The notes under the pieces are model-generated. The model made no database searches, was not told where the DNA came from, and saw only the letters and a list, made by a program, of their open reading frames with translations. The translations under genes and the position numbers were made by a program. A DNA stretch of 33,854 bases from positions 1 to 33,854 of the forward strand of contig CAZVBR010000004.1 of assembly GCA_964625755.1 (NCBI GenBank), given 5' to 3'. Shown here one piece after another: positions 10,281 through 19,850 of this stretch. The stretch's first letter is position 1. Each line of letters opens with the position of its first letter. Origin of the DNA: an uncultured Candidatus Saccharibacteria bacterium (lineage in GTDB: Bacteria > Patescibacteriota > Minisyncoccia > Phycocordibacterales > XYD1-FULL-46-19).

Positions 10281-11468
10281 ATGAAGCCCCTCCTCCTCCC
10301 TGCCGCCCAACCACGCCGAAGTGTCGTTTATTTAGCCGGCTTTCTCTTCTCGCTCCACTTGTCGCTGACCAACTACATCAACTCTTCTTTTTTGGCCCAG
10401 AACATACACGAAGAACTGGTCGGAGTGGTGTTTTCAGTAGCCGCCGGTTTGGCGATCATTGCTCTTCTGTTTACCCCCTCCCTGATCAAAAAATGCGGCA
10501 ACGTCCCGTTTGCCACCGCGATAACTTTTGTCACGATCCTGATCCTCCTGTCTTTGGTCAATGTTTTCGAGCCCTGGCTGGCGATCGGTTTGTTCATGAT
10601 GTACTACGTTTTAGGGTTGGTGATCTTCTACACCATAGACCTCCAGTTAGAAAGCCTCTCAGAAGACAAAGACACCGGGGGAATTCGCGGAACTCATCTG
10701 ACCGTGATCCACATAGCCATGATGATCTCTCTCATTTCCGCCGGTCTGATCTTGGGAGACGGCGAAAATTATCGTTTGGTTTATCTGGTGGCCGCGATCG
10801 CCCTTTTACCCTTTTGGTACATCACGGCTAATTTCTTCTCTCAGATCAAAATAAAGGACGACCGATCGTCTTTACTTGAAACCACAAAGTTGCTTTGGCA
10901 ACAGAAAAATCGGCGCGAGAAAGACCTCGCAAAGATTCTCGGAATCGATTTTTTGGTGAACTTCTTTTTTGCTTTTATGCTCGTTTACATGCCGATCTAC
11001 CTTCACTCCCACGTCGGCCTGTCCTGGACGGTGATCGGCTGGCTGTTTGCTTTCATGCTTCTGCCTTTTGTGCTGTTTTTGATCCCCCTGGGACGGCTGG
11101 CGGATAACTACCTCGGCGAAAAAGAGATCATGACCGCCGGCCTGATCATCACCGGTTTGGCCTGCCTGGTCATCGGCAACTACACCGCCCCGGAACCGAT
11201 AGTCTGGGCCGGATTGCTATTTACCACCCGCTTGGGAATTTCCGCGACCGAGACCATGAAAGAAAGCTATCTCTTCAAGCACATCTCCTCTGATGATGCC
11301 AATATCTTAAGTTTATCCCGAAACACTAGGCCCCTGGCTTATATCATCGCCCCCTTGGTTGCCAGTGCTCTTTTGATCTTCTTTGAATTTCAGTTTTTGT
11401 TCACCTTCCTGGGCGGAGTTATGATCTTGGGCCTTTGGTTCTCACTTGGGATCTTAGACACCAAATAA
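10281..11468 (+). CDS. MFS-type transporter
   Basis: 395 aa with about 11-12 predicted TM helices in two halves separated by a charged loop (KDDRSSLLETTKLLWQQKNRREKD). It starts 4 nt after the rnj stop. Confidence 0.75.
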   Translation: MKPLLLPAAQPRRSVVYLAGFLFSLHLSLTNYINSSFLAQNIHEELVGVVFSVAAGLAIIALLFTPSLIKKCGNVPFATAITFVTILILLSLVNVFEPWLAIGLFMMYYVLGLVIFYTIDLQLESLSEDKDTGGIRGTHLTVIHIAMMISLISAGLILGDGENYRLVYLVAAIALLPFWYITANFFSQIKIKDDRSSLLETTKLLWQQKNRREKDLAKILGIDFLVNFFFAFMLVYMPIYLHSHVGLSWTVIGWLFAFMLLPFVLFLIPLGRLADNYLGEKEIMTAGLIITGLACLVIGNYTAPEPIVWAGLLFTTRLGISATETMKESYLFKHISSDDANILSLSRNTRPLAYIIAPLVASALLIFFEFQFLFTFLGGVMILGLWFSLGILDTK

Positions 11469-11492
11469 ACTGATTTATTTGGCCGCGCTCGA

Positions 11493-14468
11493 TCATTTAA
11501 GCATCGCCCGTAACCCGCAATAATAACAACCGGGATCCTCGCAACGTCTATCCCAAAAATCAAGCGAGATGATCTCTCCGGCGACGGTTTTAACTAATTG
11601 GCTCAATTCATCAACTTCCTCCGATTCGATCACAAACTCCTCCCGCTTGTACTGACCCTTGTCATTAGGCTCAACAAAATCTATCATCCCCGATCTCATT
11701 TTATACCGCCCACCGTCATAGAGATCGAGCAATAAACGGTAAAAGATCAGTTGACGATAATAATCACCGTCCTCGCTTTTAGTCTCCCCCAAGATCGCCT
11801 TCCGGCTTTTCGGGCGTCCAGTCTTGTAATCAACCACCCGGACAGCCTGATCCTGTTCTAAAAACTCGATCTTATCAAGCTTACCGGTCAAACGTATCTC
11901 AGGCGTTAACAGTACTCCGGTAATATTGAATTCCGTTTTCGCTCGCTCAAGCCACGTCCCCTGATAAGTGTCATACCACCCGGCCAAGGCCTCGTTACCT
12001 CGTTTTAAGAATCGTTCATAGTCATTTTGAGTAAGAGGTTGAGACCGTAAATAGGTATCAAAAGCGGCCAAGAAACTGTCCTTTCCGAACTCCCGGTCAA
12101 CTTTGGCCCGAAAAAGATCCGCCAGAGCCTGGTGAACGGCCGTACCGTACATCTGAGGCTGTGACTGAGCCTCCGGCAGTCTGACCAAATTTCGATAAAA
12201 AAACCGCCAAGGGCAAACCAGATAATTATTCAAAGCCGAAACCGACAACCCTTGCTCGAAGAATACCTCCTGAACAAATTCCCGGCTGGCCAAACTGCGA
12301 CCGGTTTTCTCCGGCACGGTCAGTTTCAACTCTAAAGCGCTTGCCTCCGATAAAGACCGATCTTCCGGAACGATCTCTTCTAAATGATCTGAGCCCATCT
12401 CGGCAATAAAAGCACTCGGGAGTTGTTCCCGGCCGGACTGTCCGAATTGGCTGTAAGAGATCATTACCTTTTTCCGGGCCCGAGTTAAGGCCACATAAAA
12501 CAATCGCCTCTCATCAGCCAGATCATCCGACCCCGGGTCAAAATCCGAGCTATCAGCCTGATCATTCTCCACCCCGGACAACCGATAAACCTCCGGCAAC
12601 AATTTTAACAGTTCACGTCGCCGGCGACCGCCAAAATGACCGTCGTAAGCCCCGATAATATACACCTGATCAAACTCCAACCCCTTGGACCGATGAACGG
12701 TCATTAACCGAACTCGGCCAACTTGACCGGTGGTCTTGTTCCGTTTGATCAACAGATTATGTTTCCGGACCGTATCAAGATACCGGAAAAAATCACTCAA
12801 ACCGGCCTCCGGATCGGATTCCAGCAAGCCGGCCACCTCATCATAAAAACGGCTGATCGCCCCGAATCGCTCTTCTGCCTCCCCCGAGGCAATAATATCC
12901 TCAAAGACACCCGACCCCCGGATCATCCGCTCTAAGAAAGTCAGAAGATCAAGATTTTTTGACTCCTGACGCCACTGGGATAATTTTTGGTAAAACGAGG
13001 CTGTAGCCGGAGACTGAGACACCAGATCAACCAGCGGCTTTTTCAGTTGCTTGGCTTTTCGAACCAAACGATATACTTCCAAGGGATCCAGACCAAAAAT
13101 ATCGATGTGCATCACCGCGGCCAAGGGTTCGTCTTGCCCGAACCTCTCAACCGCTTCTAGGATCAAGAGCAACTTCCGAACATCTAACTGACTTAACAGA
13201 TCCTGGTCCGATTCGATCACGACCGCCACCGCTAGTTTTTCAGCCAAACGAGCCAAAGGTAGAGCGTCTTTATTGTCCCGATACAAAATCGCAATATTCT
13301 CCGGCGGCACCCCTTGGGCGATCTCGGATCGGATCTTAGACAGAACAAAATGATGTTCCGATAATTGATCATCAAAAGCCACCAAACGGATCGGCTCGGG
13401 GGCAAAACCGGCCCTTGGTTCCAAGGGCTTCGGCCCCGGGATAACATTTTCTGCCGCCGACAAAATGCTACCCGCGGACCGATAATTATCAGTCAAACTG
13501 ATCAAACGGGCCCCGGGAAATCGCCTCTGAAAGTACAAAAAATTCTCAAGCGAAGCCCCTTGGAACCTGAAGATGGCTTGCTTGTCATCCCCAACCACGA
13601 ACAAATTGGGATCTTCGTGAAAACTGGCCAACATCTCGACGATCCGGTTCTGGGCATTATTGGTATCCTGGTGTTCATCCAGTAGTATGTATTGGTATTC
13701 CTCTTGAAGCACTTGGAGTAAGTCATGATTCTCAGTTAGGGTTTGGAGAACTTCCATGATCATATCACTGTAATCATACAGACGATTCTCGGTTAAATAC
13801 TCCTCGTAGACGGCGTACAGCTTTGCCAGCTCGGTATTTTTCCCGAGATCTTTGAGCATTTTTTGGTACTTCCCCTTGATCCGGCCCTGATACGGCCCGG
13901 AGCGATGCCTCAGGTCGTCATTGGTTTCTAACTTTTGCTGCTCCTCTTCGACCAATTGACTAAAAGCCCCGGGAGTCCAACCCTCCCGCTTTAGATCATT
14001 AATAGCCGACAGAACCGGCCGGGTGTACAAAAGAGGCTCACCAAACGGACGCAACAACTCCAGTTCGGTCTCGGTTATCAACTTCTCTAAAATGGTTACC
14101 TGATCAACTTCCGTGATCGGCCGAGACCCGATGATCCGCGGAAAGTATTCCGGATAACTTTTGATGATATCATTACAAAAACTATGAAACGTATTAATAG
14201 TCACGGCATAGGCCGGACTGCCCACTATCTCGGCCAAACGACGGCGCATGGAGGCCACCCCGGACTCGGTAAAAGTCAGAGCCAGAATATTTTCCGGGGC
14301 AATATCGGTCACTCGTAAAATATTGGCGATCCGCAAAGTAAGTACCTGGGTTTTCCCGGTTCCCGGTCCGGCTGTTACCATAACGGTTCCCTCAACCGTA
14401 TCAACCGCCTCTTTCTGAGCGGCGTTCAACTGCTGATACGAGGCTTTGAATTTTTTCTCTCCGGCCAT
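11493..14468 (-). CDS. UvrD/PcrA-family SF1 helicase fused to a C-terminal RecB/Cas4/AddB-like PD-(D/E)XK nuclease with a 4-Cys cluster
   Basis: Helicase motifs are AGPGTGKT (Walker A), LLDEHQDTN, VGDDKQAIFRFQGA, DNYRS, TVHRSKGLEFD and YVALTRARKK. The C-terminal nuclease has CPWRFFY ... GKLDKIEF ... VVDYKTG ... YYRQL ... CEDPGCYYC. I prefer the start at MAGEKKF (14468); the track ORF extends to 14513. Confidence 0.9.
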   Translation of the reverse strand: MAGEKKFKASYQQLNAAQKEAVDTVEGTVMVTAGPGTGKTQVLTLRIANILRVTDIAPENILALTFTESGVASMRRRLAEIVGSPAYAVTINTFHSFCNDIIKSYPEYFPRIIGSRPITEVDQVTILEKLITETELELLRPFGEPLLYTRPVLSAINDLKREGWTPGAFSQLVEEEQQKLETNDDLRHRSGPYQGRIKGKYQKMLKDLGKNTELAKLYAVYEEYLTENRLYDYSDMIMEVLQTLTENHDLLQVLQEEYQYILLDEHQDTNNAQNRIVEMLASFHEDPNLFVVGDDKQAIFRFQGASLENFLYFQRRFPGARLISLTDNYRSAGSILSAAENVIPGPKPLEPRAGFAPEPIRLVAFDDQLSEHHFVLSKIRSEIAQGVPPENIAILYRDNKDALPLARLAEKLAVAVVIESDQDLLSQLDVRKLLLILEAVERFGQDEPLAAVMHIDIFGLDPLEVYRLVRKAKQLKKPLVDLVSQSPATASFYQKLSQWRQESKNLDLLTFLERMIRGSGVFEDIIASGEAEERFGAISRFYDEVAGLLESDPEAGLSDFFRYLDTVRKHNLLIKRNKTTGQVGRVRLMTVHRSKGLEFDQVYIIGAYDGHFGGRRRRELLKLLPEVYRLSGVENDQADSSDFDPGSDDLADERRLFYVALTRARKKVMISYSQFGQSGREQLPSAFIAEMGSDHLEEIVPEDRSLSEASALELKLTVPEKTGRSLASREFVQEVFFEQGLSVSALNNYLVCPWRFFYRNLVRLPEAQSQPQMYGTAVHQALADLFRAKVDREFGKDSFLAAFDTYLRSQPLTQNDYERFLKRGNEALAGWYDTYQGTWLERAKTEFNITGVLLTPEIRLTGKLDKIEFLEQDQAVRVVDYKTGRPKSRKAILGETKSEDGDYYRQLIFYRLLLDLYDGGRYKMRSGMIDFVEPNDKGQYKREEFVIESEEVDELSQLVKTVAGEIISLDFWDRRCEDPGCYYCGLRAMLK

Positions 14469-14573
14469 TAGGACCAATTGTACCACATTTCGACTCCGAC
14501 TCTTACCCCTCAAGAGAAAAAAACAAGATCTGACCCTTATTTTTTCTTCCGTGATCTGCTATACTAAGACCAT

Positions 14574-15026
14574 ATGAGCATTCAAGAAAAAATAAAAGAA
14601 GAGATCAAAAACTCCCTCCGAGCAAAAGACAGTTTAAGGCTGTCGGTAATGCGGAGCATATCAGCCGCTTTTACCAATGAATTATTAAACCTAAAAAGAA
14701 AACCGACCGAAGAATTAACCGACGATGAAGCTCTGGCGGTGATCAAAAAAACCGCCAAGCAGAGACGGGATTCGATCGAGCAGTACCAAAAGGGAAACCG
14801 AGAAGATCTGGCCGAGAAAGAAACTCAGGAACTTAAGATCATTGAAGAATTCTTGCCGGAACCTCTACCTTACGAGAAGATAAAAAATATTGCTCAAAAG
14901 AAAAAAGACGAACTGAATATAACAGACAGAAGTGATATCGGACGGTTGATCGGGGTAGTAATAAAAGAAACCAAAGACCGGGCATCCGGCCAAACAGTCA
15001 AACAGGCAGTCGAGGAATTATTCTGA
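14574..15026 (+). CDS. GatB/YqeY domain protein
   Basis: 150 aa. IKEEIKNSLRAKDSLRLSVMRSI...KKTAKQRRDSIEQYQKGNREDLAEKETQELKIIEEFLP is typical of the YqeY family. Confidence 0.9.
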   Translation: MSIQEKIKEEIKNSLRAKDSLRLSVMRSISAAFTNELLNLKRKPTEELTDDEALAVIKKTAKQRRDSIEQYQKGNREDLAEKETQELKIIEEFLPEPLPYEKIKNIAQKKKDELNITDRSDIGRLIGVVIKETKDRASGQTVKQAVEELF

Positions 15027-15118
15027 TCCTGGCCAGGGTCAAAACTTGCAACACAGCCCGACCTTTTGTTAGACTGAACTTGGTTAGAATTAATGGTCTA
15101 TCAAATGGAGGAGTGGCG

Positions 15119-15244
15119 ATGAATCTAATTTCCCAGTTACTATTATTAACCAGAAATATCTGGCAAGGCATTTACTGCCACCGTTGTGGTGGTCAGAATG
15201 TCAAAGAAGGTAGGTGCCTTAAGTGCGACCAATATGTAGAATAA
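15119..15244 (+). CDS. 41-aa zinc-ribbon microprotein (CxxC-N9-CxxC), not in the ORF track
   Basis: Translation is MNLISQLLLLTRNIWQGIYCHRCGGQNVKEGRCLKCDQYVE. A strong SD (GGAGGAG, 15107-15113) sits 5 nt before the ATG. A possible extended -10 promoter (TTGCAA-N18-TAGACT, 15046-15075) lies upstream, and a hairpin terminator follows immediately. Confidence 0.5.
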   Translation: MNLISQLLLLTRNIWQGIYCHRCGGQNVKEGRCLKCDQYVE

Positions 15245-15262
15245 GTCGGATCCCCCTTTAGG

Positions 15263-15294
15263 CCCCCTTTAGTTTACATACTGACTAAAGGGGG
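15263..15294 (+). terminator. Hairpin terminator after the zinc-ribbon microprotein gene
   Basis: CCCCCTTTAG-(12 nt)-CTAAAGGGGG is a 10-bp stem followed by CTTTCGCATTTT. The 5' arm is duplicated directly upstream (15252-15261). Confidence 0.6.
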
Positions 15295-15358
15295 CTTTCG
15301 CATTTTAACCACCAAACCTTAAAAATCGGTCAGTTTAAGTGCTTATCTTCTTTTTCTA

Positions 15359-16126
15359 TTAGGAACAATCCGGGTTGTCTCCCCGGGGAGACTCTTTTTT
15401 CGGCTGATCCTTAGCTACCACCTTGGCTTCTTGGACCGCCTGCTTCTGAATTTTTTCCTCCAATTTTTCTTCTACTATTTTTTGTTCCTCTAGCTCCTGC
15501 AAATCAGAAAACCCGAACAGAAAAAAGATCAAGATCGCCGAGGCAACGATCCCGATCAGATCGATCAAAAATACCGACATAGCCCCGGTCACGATCGCCG
15601 TATTCCCGAAAGCCAAACCGATCCCCGCAGCGGTCAGAGGCGGCACTAACGAAACCGATACCGCCACCCCCGGCAGAGCAGCCGACAGGTCTTGCTTGAT
15701 CCAGGTATAAGAGACCGCCGAACCGGCAGCCAAAGCAACAAAAAAGAAAAGCAAATTCGGCTCCACCCGGAAAAACATCTCCCCGAAAACATCGATCTCC
15801 TCCCAACCAGCTAATAAGGTAACAAAAAAAGACGCTAAGATTATCAACCCGGTAGCCCGAATAAGAGTAAAAATTGACCGGTACAAGGCCAAACGACTGA
15901 AAGTCACCACCGCCATAGCCAAACTAAGCACCGGGAACAAGATCGGGGCCACTAACATTCCACCGATCACAAACACCGGATTATTAACCAACAACCCGAT
16001 GGTCGCGATCACCGCCGAACAAGTTAACAAAAAATAAAAATTGCTTCGGCTACTGCTTTCCCGCAACAACTCACCGAGCACTCTTTGTTGATTATGATAA
16101 TCGATCAGAAATACCGATCCTGGCAT
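15359..16126 (-). CDS. DUF389-family integral membrane protein
   Basis: 255 aa with multiple TM helices. The IATIGLLVNNPVFVIGGMLVAPILFP motif is typical of DUF389. The C-terminal tail is a charged coiled-coil-like region. Confidence 0.75.
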   Translation of the reverse strand: MPGSVFLIDYHNQQRVLGELLRESSSRSNFYFLLTCSAVIATIGLLVNNPVFVIGGMLVAPILFPVLSLAMAVVTFSRLALYRSIFTLIRATGLIILASFFVTLLAGWEEIDVFGEMFFRVEPNLLFFFVALAAGSAVSYTWIKQDLSAALPGVAVSVSLVPPLTAAGIGLAFGNTAIVTGAMSVFLIDLIGIVASAILIFFLFGFSDLQELEEQKIVEEKLEEKIQKQAVQEAKVVAKDQPKKESPRGDNPDCS

Positions 16127-16130
16127 ATCG

Positions 16131-16658
16131 CTAGTTTAGCAAATTTTCCAGAAAAAAACGATACGGCTTATCCCGCCAGACCGCCGGTGCATAATTTATC
16201 CCGACCCGGGGAGCGGTTCTGATACTTCTCTTCAAGTCAACCGGCACCCCCGAAACATACAAGCCTCTCTCTTTAACAGCTTTTTGACCGTTGAACGACC
16301 GGTCGATCCCCCAAGCTTTAGTCAGTCTTCCCGGCCCCTCAATCCCCGCCACCGAACGGATCAACACCGCCGCCGGCCAACCCTCAGACCCGGTCACAAT
16401 ATTTAGCATATTGTGCATTCCATAAACCAAATAAATATACCACACCCCGCCGGGGCCGAACATAACCTGATTACGTGGCGTCGGACCCCGGCTGGCATGA
16501 CTGGCTTTGTCATCAGGTCCTTCATAGGCTTCAACCTCGGTGATCCTCGCTTGACACAACTTACCATCCGGGCCTTGGCAGACCAGGTATCGCCCTAACA
16601 GATCAGGAGCTACTTCCACCGCTGACCGCCGATAAAATTTTGCCGGTAGATCTATCAT
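16131..16658 (-). CDS. mpg: DNA-3-methyladenine glycosylase (Mpg/AAG family)
   Basis: FYRRSAVEVAPDLLGRYLV...ITEVEAYEGPDDKASHA...RNQVMFGPGGVWYIYLVYGMHNMLNIV is the Mpg signature. Its ATG overlaps the pcm stop (ATGA). Confidence 0.9.
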   Translation of the reverse strand: MIDLPAKFYRRSAVEVAPDLLGRYLVCQGPDGKLCQARITEVEAYEGPDDKASHASRGPTPRNQVMFGPGGVWYIYLVYGMHNMLNIVTGSEGWPAAVLIRSVAGIEGPGRLTKAWGIDRSFNGQKAVKERGLYVSGVPVDLKRSIRTAPRVGINYAPAVWRDKPYRFFLENLLN

Positions 16659-17344
16659 GGTGATTGCCGATCCTCATCCTCTGACACAAAAGGTACGAAA
16701 GCAAAACCGGGGTAATTCAGGAACTTCAACTCCCCGGAGGTTTTTTTCTCGCCCAAGACCAGGTTAGACCCGATCGGCATCACCAACCGACCCCCGACCT
16801 TAAGCTGTTCGATCCAAGCCGGAGGAACACTCTCAGAAGTCGCCGCTGATATGATCCGATCATAAGGAGCCTCAGGCGAATACCCGGACACGGCATTTAA
16901 ATTATGGACCGAGACAATATTCTGCTTCAAGAAATTATACTTGGCAAGATTCTTTCTGGCTTGTTTGGCCAATTCCGGGATCAACTCCAGACTGACCACT
17001 TTTCCCGCCTGCTCCGGCGGCATCTCCTGTCCGTCATCATTCCGGCCAACCACCACAGCCAACAACGCCGCTTGCCAACCGGACCCACAGCCAACATCTA
17101 AGACCTTTTGCCCGGGCCGGGCTTTAAGTAATTCAAGCATAAAAGCCACCGTCTGCGGCTGAGAAACGGTTTGCCCAAAACCGATCGCCAATGGGCGGTT
17201 TGAGTATGCCTGACCAGCCAGTTCCGGCGGTACGAAATCAGCCCGATCGATCAGCCGGAAGGCTAAAATATTTTTTCGACTGACCAGCTCACCGGAAGTG
17301 ATCAATTGATCAACCAGCTCTTTCTCGTAATTCATAACCATCAT
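16655..17344 (-). CDS. pcm: Protein-L-isoaspartate O-methyltransferase
   Basis: TVSQPQTVAFMLELL and the SAM motif VLDVGCGSGWQAALLA. I prefer the internal start (MMVMNYEKEL, 17344-17335) over 17401, which would overlap the divergent gene. Confidence 0.88.
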   Translation of the reverse strand: MMVMNYEKELVDQLITSGELVSRKNILAFRLIDRADFVPPELAGQAYSNRPLAIGFGQTVSQPQTVAFMLELLKARPGQKVLDVGCGSGWQAALLAVVVGRNDDGQEMPPEQAGKVVSLELIPELAKQARKNLAKYNFLKQNIVSVHNLNAVSGYSPEAPYDRIISAATSESVPPAWIEQLKVGGRLVMPIGSNLVLGEKKTSGELKFLNYPGFAFVPFVSEDEDRQSP

Positions 17345-17399
17345 AATACGCCTCCCGAAAATAGATGACAATAGAAGAAAAAAAAAGTAAAATGAGGTC

Positions 17400-18449
17400 A
17401 TGACGAAACAACTGACACACGCCTGGTTTTTCTACGGATTATTACTCGGGACAACCGCGGTAATGTTCCTGTTGATCCAACCCTTTCTGTCGGCTCTGGT
17501 TCTGGCTTTTACCCTGGCGATCGTCTTTGACCCGATCAACAATTACCTGGTTAAAAATCTCTGGGGTAACCGAACCCTAGCCTCGATCCTGACCCTGGCC
17601 CTGATCGGCCTGGTGGTGATCATTCCCTTATTCTGGTTTGGCTGGCAAATACTCGACCAAGGCCGCGAGCTATACGCCCAATATTTCACTACCGACTTTG
17701 AGACCCCGGGAACCGAAGCCGGAGCGATCATAGAGAACATAAGAGACCAGATCGACACTTGGATACCGTGGCTTGACTTAAGCTATGAAGGTCTGGATCA
17801 GGTTCAAGCCGAAGCTATGAAATGGCTGATCGCAAACTTAAACATCATATTCACCAACACCATCAAGATCGCCTTTAACGGTCTTATTCTGCTTTTGGCT
17901 CTGTTCTTCCTGTTAAGGGACATGCCAAGATTTTTTACCAACCTAGAAAAGATCAGCCCGCTTGGCAAAACCCAACACCAAGAAGTGATCGAAAAGATCA
18001 AGACCACCATTAATTCGGTTATGACCGGTTCATTACTGATCGCTTTTCTTCAAGGTCTGGCCGTAGCTTTAGGGTTTGCCATTTTCAATATCTCCCAACC
18101 GATTTTCTGGGGCGGTATCGGCATGGTTCTGTCATTGATCCCGGGTGTCGGCCCGATCATCGTTCTACTGCCGGCCGCCATTCTGCTGTATCTGGGCGGC
18201 AACACCTTCGGAGCGATCGGCATGATCATCTGGGCCATCCTGATAGTTAGTCTGATCGACAACCTGCTTCGCCCGATATTGATCGAACGGGACATCAAAC
18301 TCCACTCCTTTTTTATTCTTTTGGCCGCTTTGGGTGGTATCGGATTTTTCGGTCCGATCGGCTTTGTCCTCGGACCGGTGATCTTAAGCCTATTTTTTGC
18401 CCTGCTTGATATCTATATTAACTACGAAAAAGAACTCACGAGTAAATAA
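17400..18449 (+). CDS. AI-2E family transporter (PerM/UPF0118)
   Basis: 349 aa with about 8 TM helices and the typical architecture, including the C-terminal region DNLLRPILIERDIKLHSFFILLAALGGIGFFGPIGFVLGPV. Confidence 0.88.
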   Translation: MTKQLTHAWFFYGLLLGTTAVMFLLIQPFLSALVLAFTLAIVFDPINNYLVKNLWGNRTLASILTLALIGLVVIIPLFWFGWQILDQGRELYAQYFTTDFETPGTEAGAIIENIRDQIDTWIPWLDLSYEGLDQVQAEAMKWLIANLNIIFTNTIKIAFNGLILLLALFFLLRDMPRFFTNLEKISPLGKTQHQEVIEKIKTTINSVMTGSLLIAFLQGLAVALGFAIFNISQPIFWGGIGMVLSLIPGVGPIIVLLPAAILLYLGGNTFGAIGMIIWAILIVSLIDNLLRPILIERDIKLHSFFILLAALGGIGFFGPIGFVLGPVILSLFFALLDIYINYEKELTSK

Positions 18450-18527
18450 CAACCTGACAGACCTTACCCGAACCACAAACCCGCCCGAACCTTATCTTGA
18501 AAAATTACAAACTATAACCAAAAAAAT

Positions 18528-18881
18528 ATGACCAACGATCTTAGCAACAAAAGCTGTCAACCTCCCAAAAAGGGTTCCCTGCCGCTCTCCGGCAACAAGT
18601 TAAACGACCACCTGACGAAGGTGCCCGGCTGGCATCTAACACCGGACCATCTAATGATCGAACGGGAATTTCAGTTTGCTGATTTTGTTTCCGCTTTACA
18701 GTTCACCAACCGGGTCGGAGAACTGGCCGAGACCGAAAACCACCACCCCAACCTCTGTCTTCACGACTGGAATAAAGTGACCATTACCACCACCACCCAC
18801 TCGATCGGCGGTTTATCACAAAATGACTTCATCTTGGCCGCCAAAATAAACGAACTGGTCGACCAAATTCAGAATTCATGA
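18528..18881 (+). CDS. Pterin-4-alpha-carbinolamine dehydratase (PCD/DCoH family)
   Basis: IEREFQFADFVSALQFTNRVGELAETENHHPNL...WNKVTITTTTHSIGGLSQNDFILAAKI is the PCD signature, including the HHP motif. Confidence 0.9.
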   Translation: MTNDLSNKSCQPPKKGSLPLSGNKLNDHLTKVPGWHLTPDHLMIEREFQFADFVSALQFTNRVGELAETENHHPNLCLHDWNKVTITTTTHSIGGLSQNDFILAAKINELVDQIQNS

Positions 18882-19741
18882 CTCGGGCTCGGCGTCGTAT
18901 CATAAGATATCTGATCTATGCCGTAATAATTTTACTGGCTGTTTCTCTGCTTAATTTCTGGCAAGCCGTAAGGCCGCCACGGATCTCAGTTGACCGATCA
19001 CCGTCGGACTTCAATTTACCCGACCCGGAGGAAGTCACCCTGGTTGCCCGGGACGGAGTCCAATTATCAAGTTGGTACTTCCCCGCCTCGGAGGCCGAAA
19101 GTGTGATCATCTGGCTTCATGGTTACCCGGCCGAAAAGACGGATATGCTTTTTTTGGCGGCCGAACTTTGGCCGGATCACTCTCTTTTCCTTAAAGACTT
19201 CCGCTACTTCGGAGACTCCGAGGGCCGAGCCACCACTTTGGGCCTGAAAGAACCCGGGGACATTTCCCGAGCCGTCGACTGGGTGGCTGAAAAAAATTAC
19301 TCAGAAATCGCCCTGGCCGGTTTTTCCTACGGCGGCGCCCAGGCCATCCTGGCCGCCGGAAGTGATGACCGAATAAAAGCCGTAGCCAGTTACTCAAGCT
19401 ACTCAGATCTTCGGCAACTGGGTCAAGAGGTCGTACCGTTTAGCCCGATCCTCGGCCCGCCAATTGTCAGCCTGATGGAACTCTGGGCCCGAATTATCTG
19501 GCAAGATATTCCAACCCGAACAACTCCGGCGTCTATTATTACCGAACTTGATATTCCGATCTGGCTGGCCCACGACAGGAAAGACGACGTGATCGATTTT
19601 TCCCACGCCAAGCAGTTGGCCGAAGCCGGAGCCCAAAACCCGAACCTGGAAACCTTCTTTTTCTCTCACGGCCCACACGGCGCCCTACCTTTATCGGACT
19701 TTAACCGGGAGCTGGCAGAGTTTTTCAACCAAGCCTGGTAA
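18878..19741 (+). CDS. Membrane-anchored alpha/beta-fold hydrolase
   Basis: N-terminal TM segment, nucleophile elbow GFSYGG, and later Asp (HDRKDDVID) and His (SHGPHG) triad candidates. Its start overlaps the upstream stop (ATGA). Confidence 0.85.
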   Translation: MTRARRRIIRYLIYAVIILLAVSLLNFWQAVRPPRISVDRSPSDFNLPDPEEVTLVARDGVQLSSWYFPASEAESVIIWLHGYPAEKTDMLFLAAELWPDHSLFLKDFRYFGDSEGRATTLGLKEPGDISRAVDWVAEKNYSEIALAGFSYGGAQAILAAGSDDRIKAVASYSSYSDLRQLGQEVVPFSPILGPPIVSLMELWARIIWQDIPTRTTPASIITELDIPIWLAHDRKDDVIDFSHAKQLAEAGAQNPNLETFFFSHGPHGALPLSDFNRELAEFFNQAW

Positions 19742-19790
19742 TCAGAGCTCACCCGGAGCGGCTGATCATTTTTCTCAAAAAACCAACCAA

Positions 19791-19826
19791 GACCACCCGG
19801 TCAGACTCTAGTCTAACCGGGTGGTT
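19791..19826. terminator. Long hairpin between the convergent hydrolase gene and aspS
   Basis: GACCACCCGGTCAGACT-CT-AGTCTAACCGGGTGGTT forms a roughly 17-bp stem with one mismatch. The minus-strand reading is followed by a T-rich tract. Confidence 0.65.
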
Positions 19827-19850
19827 CGATCAAATGAATATTTGAACCAT

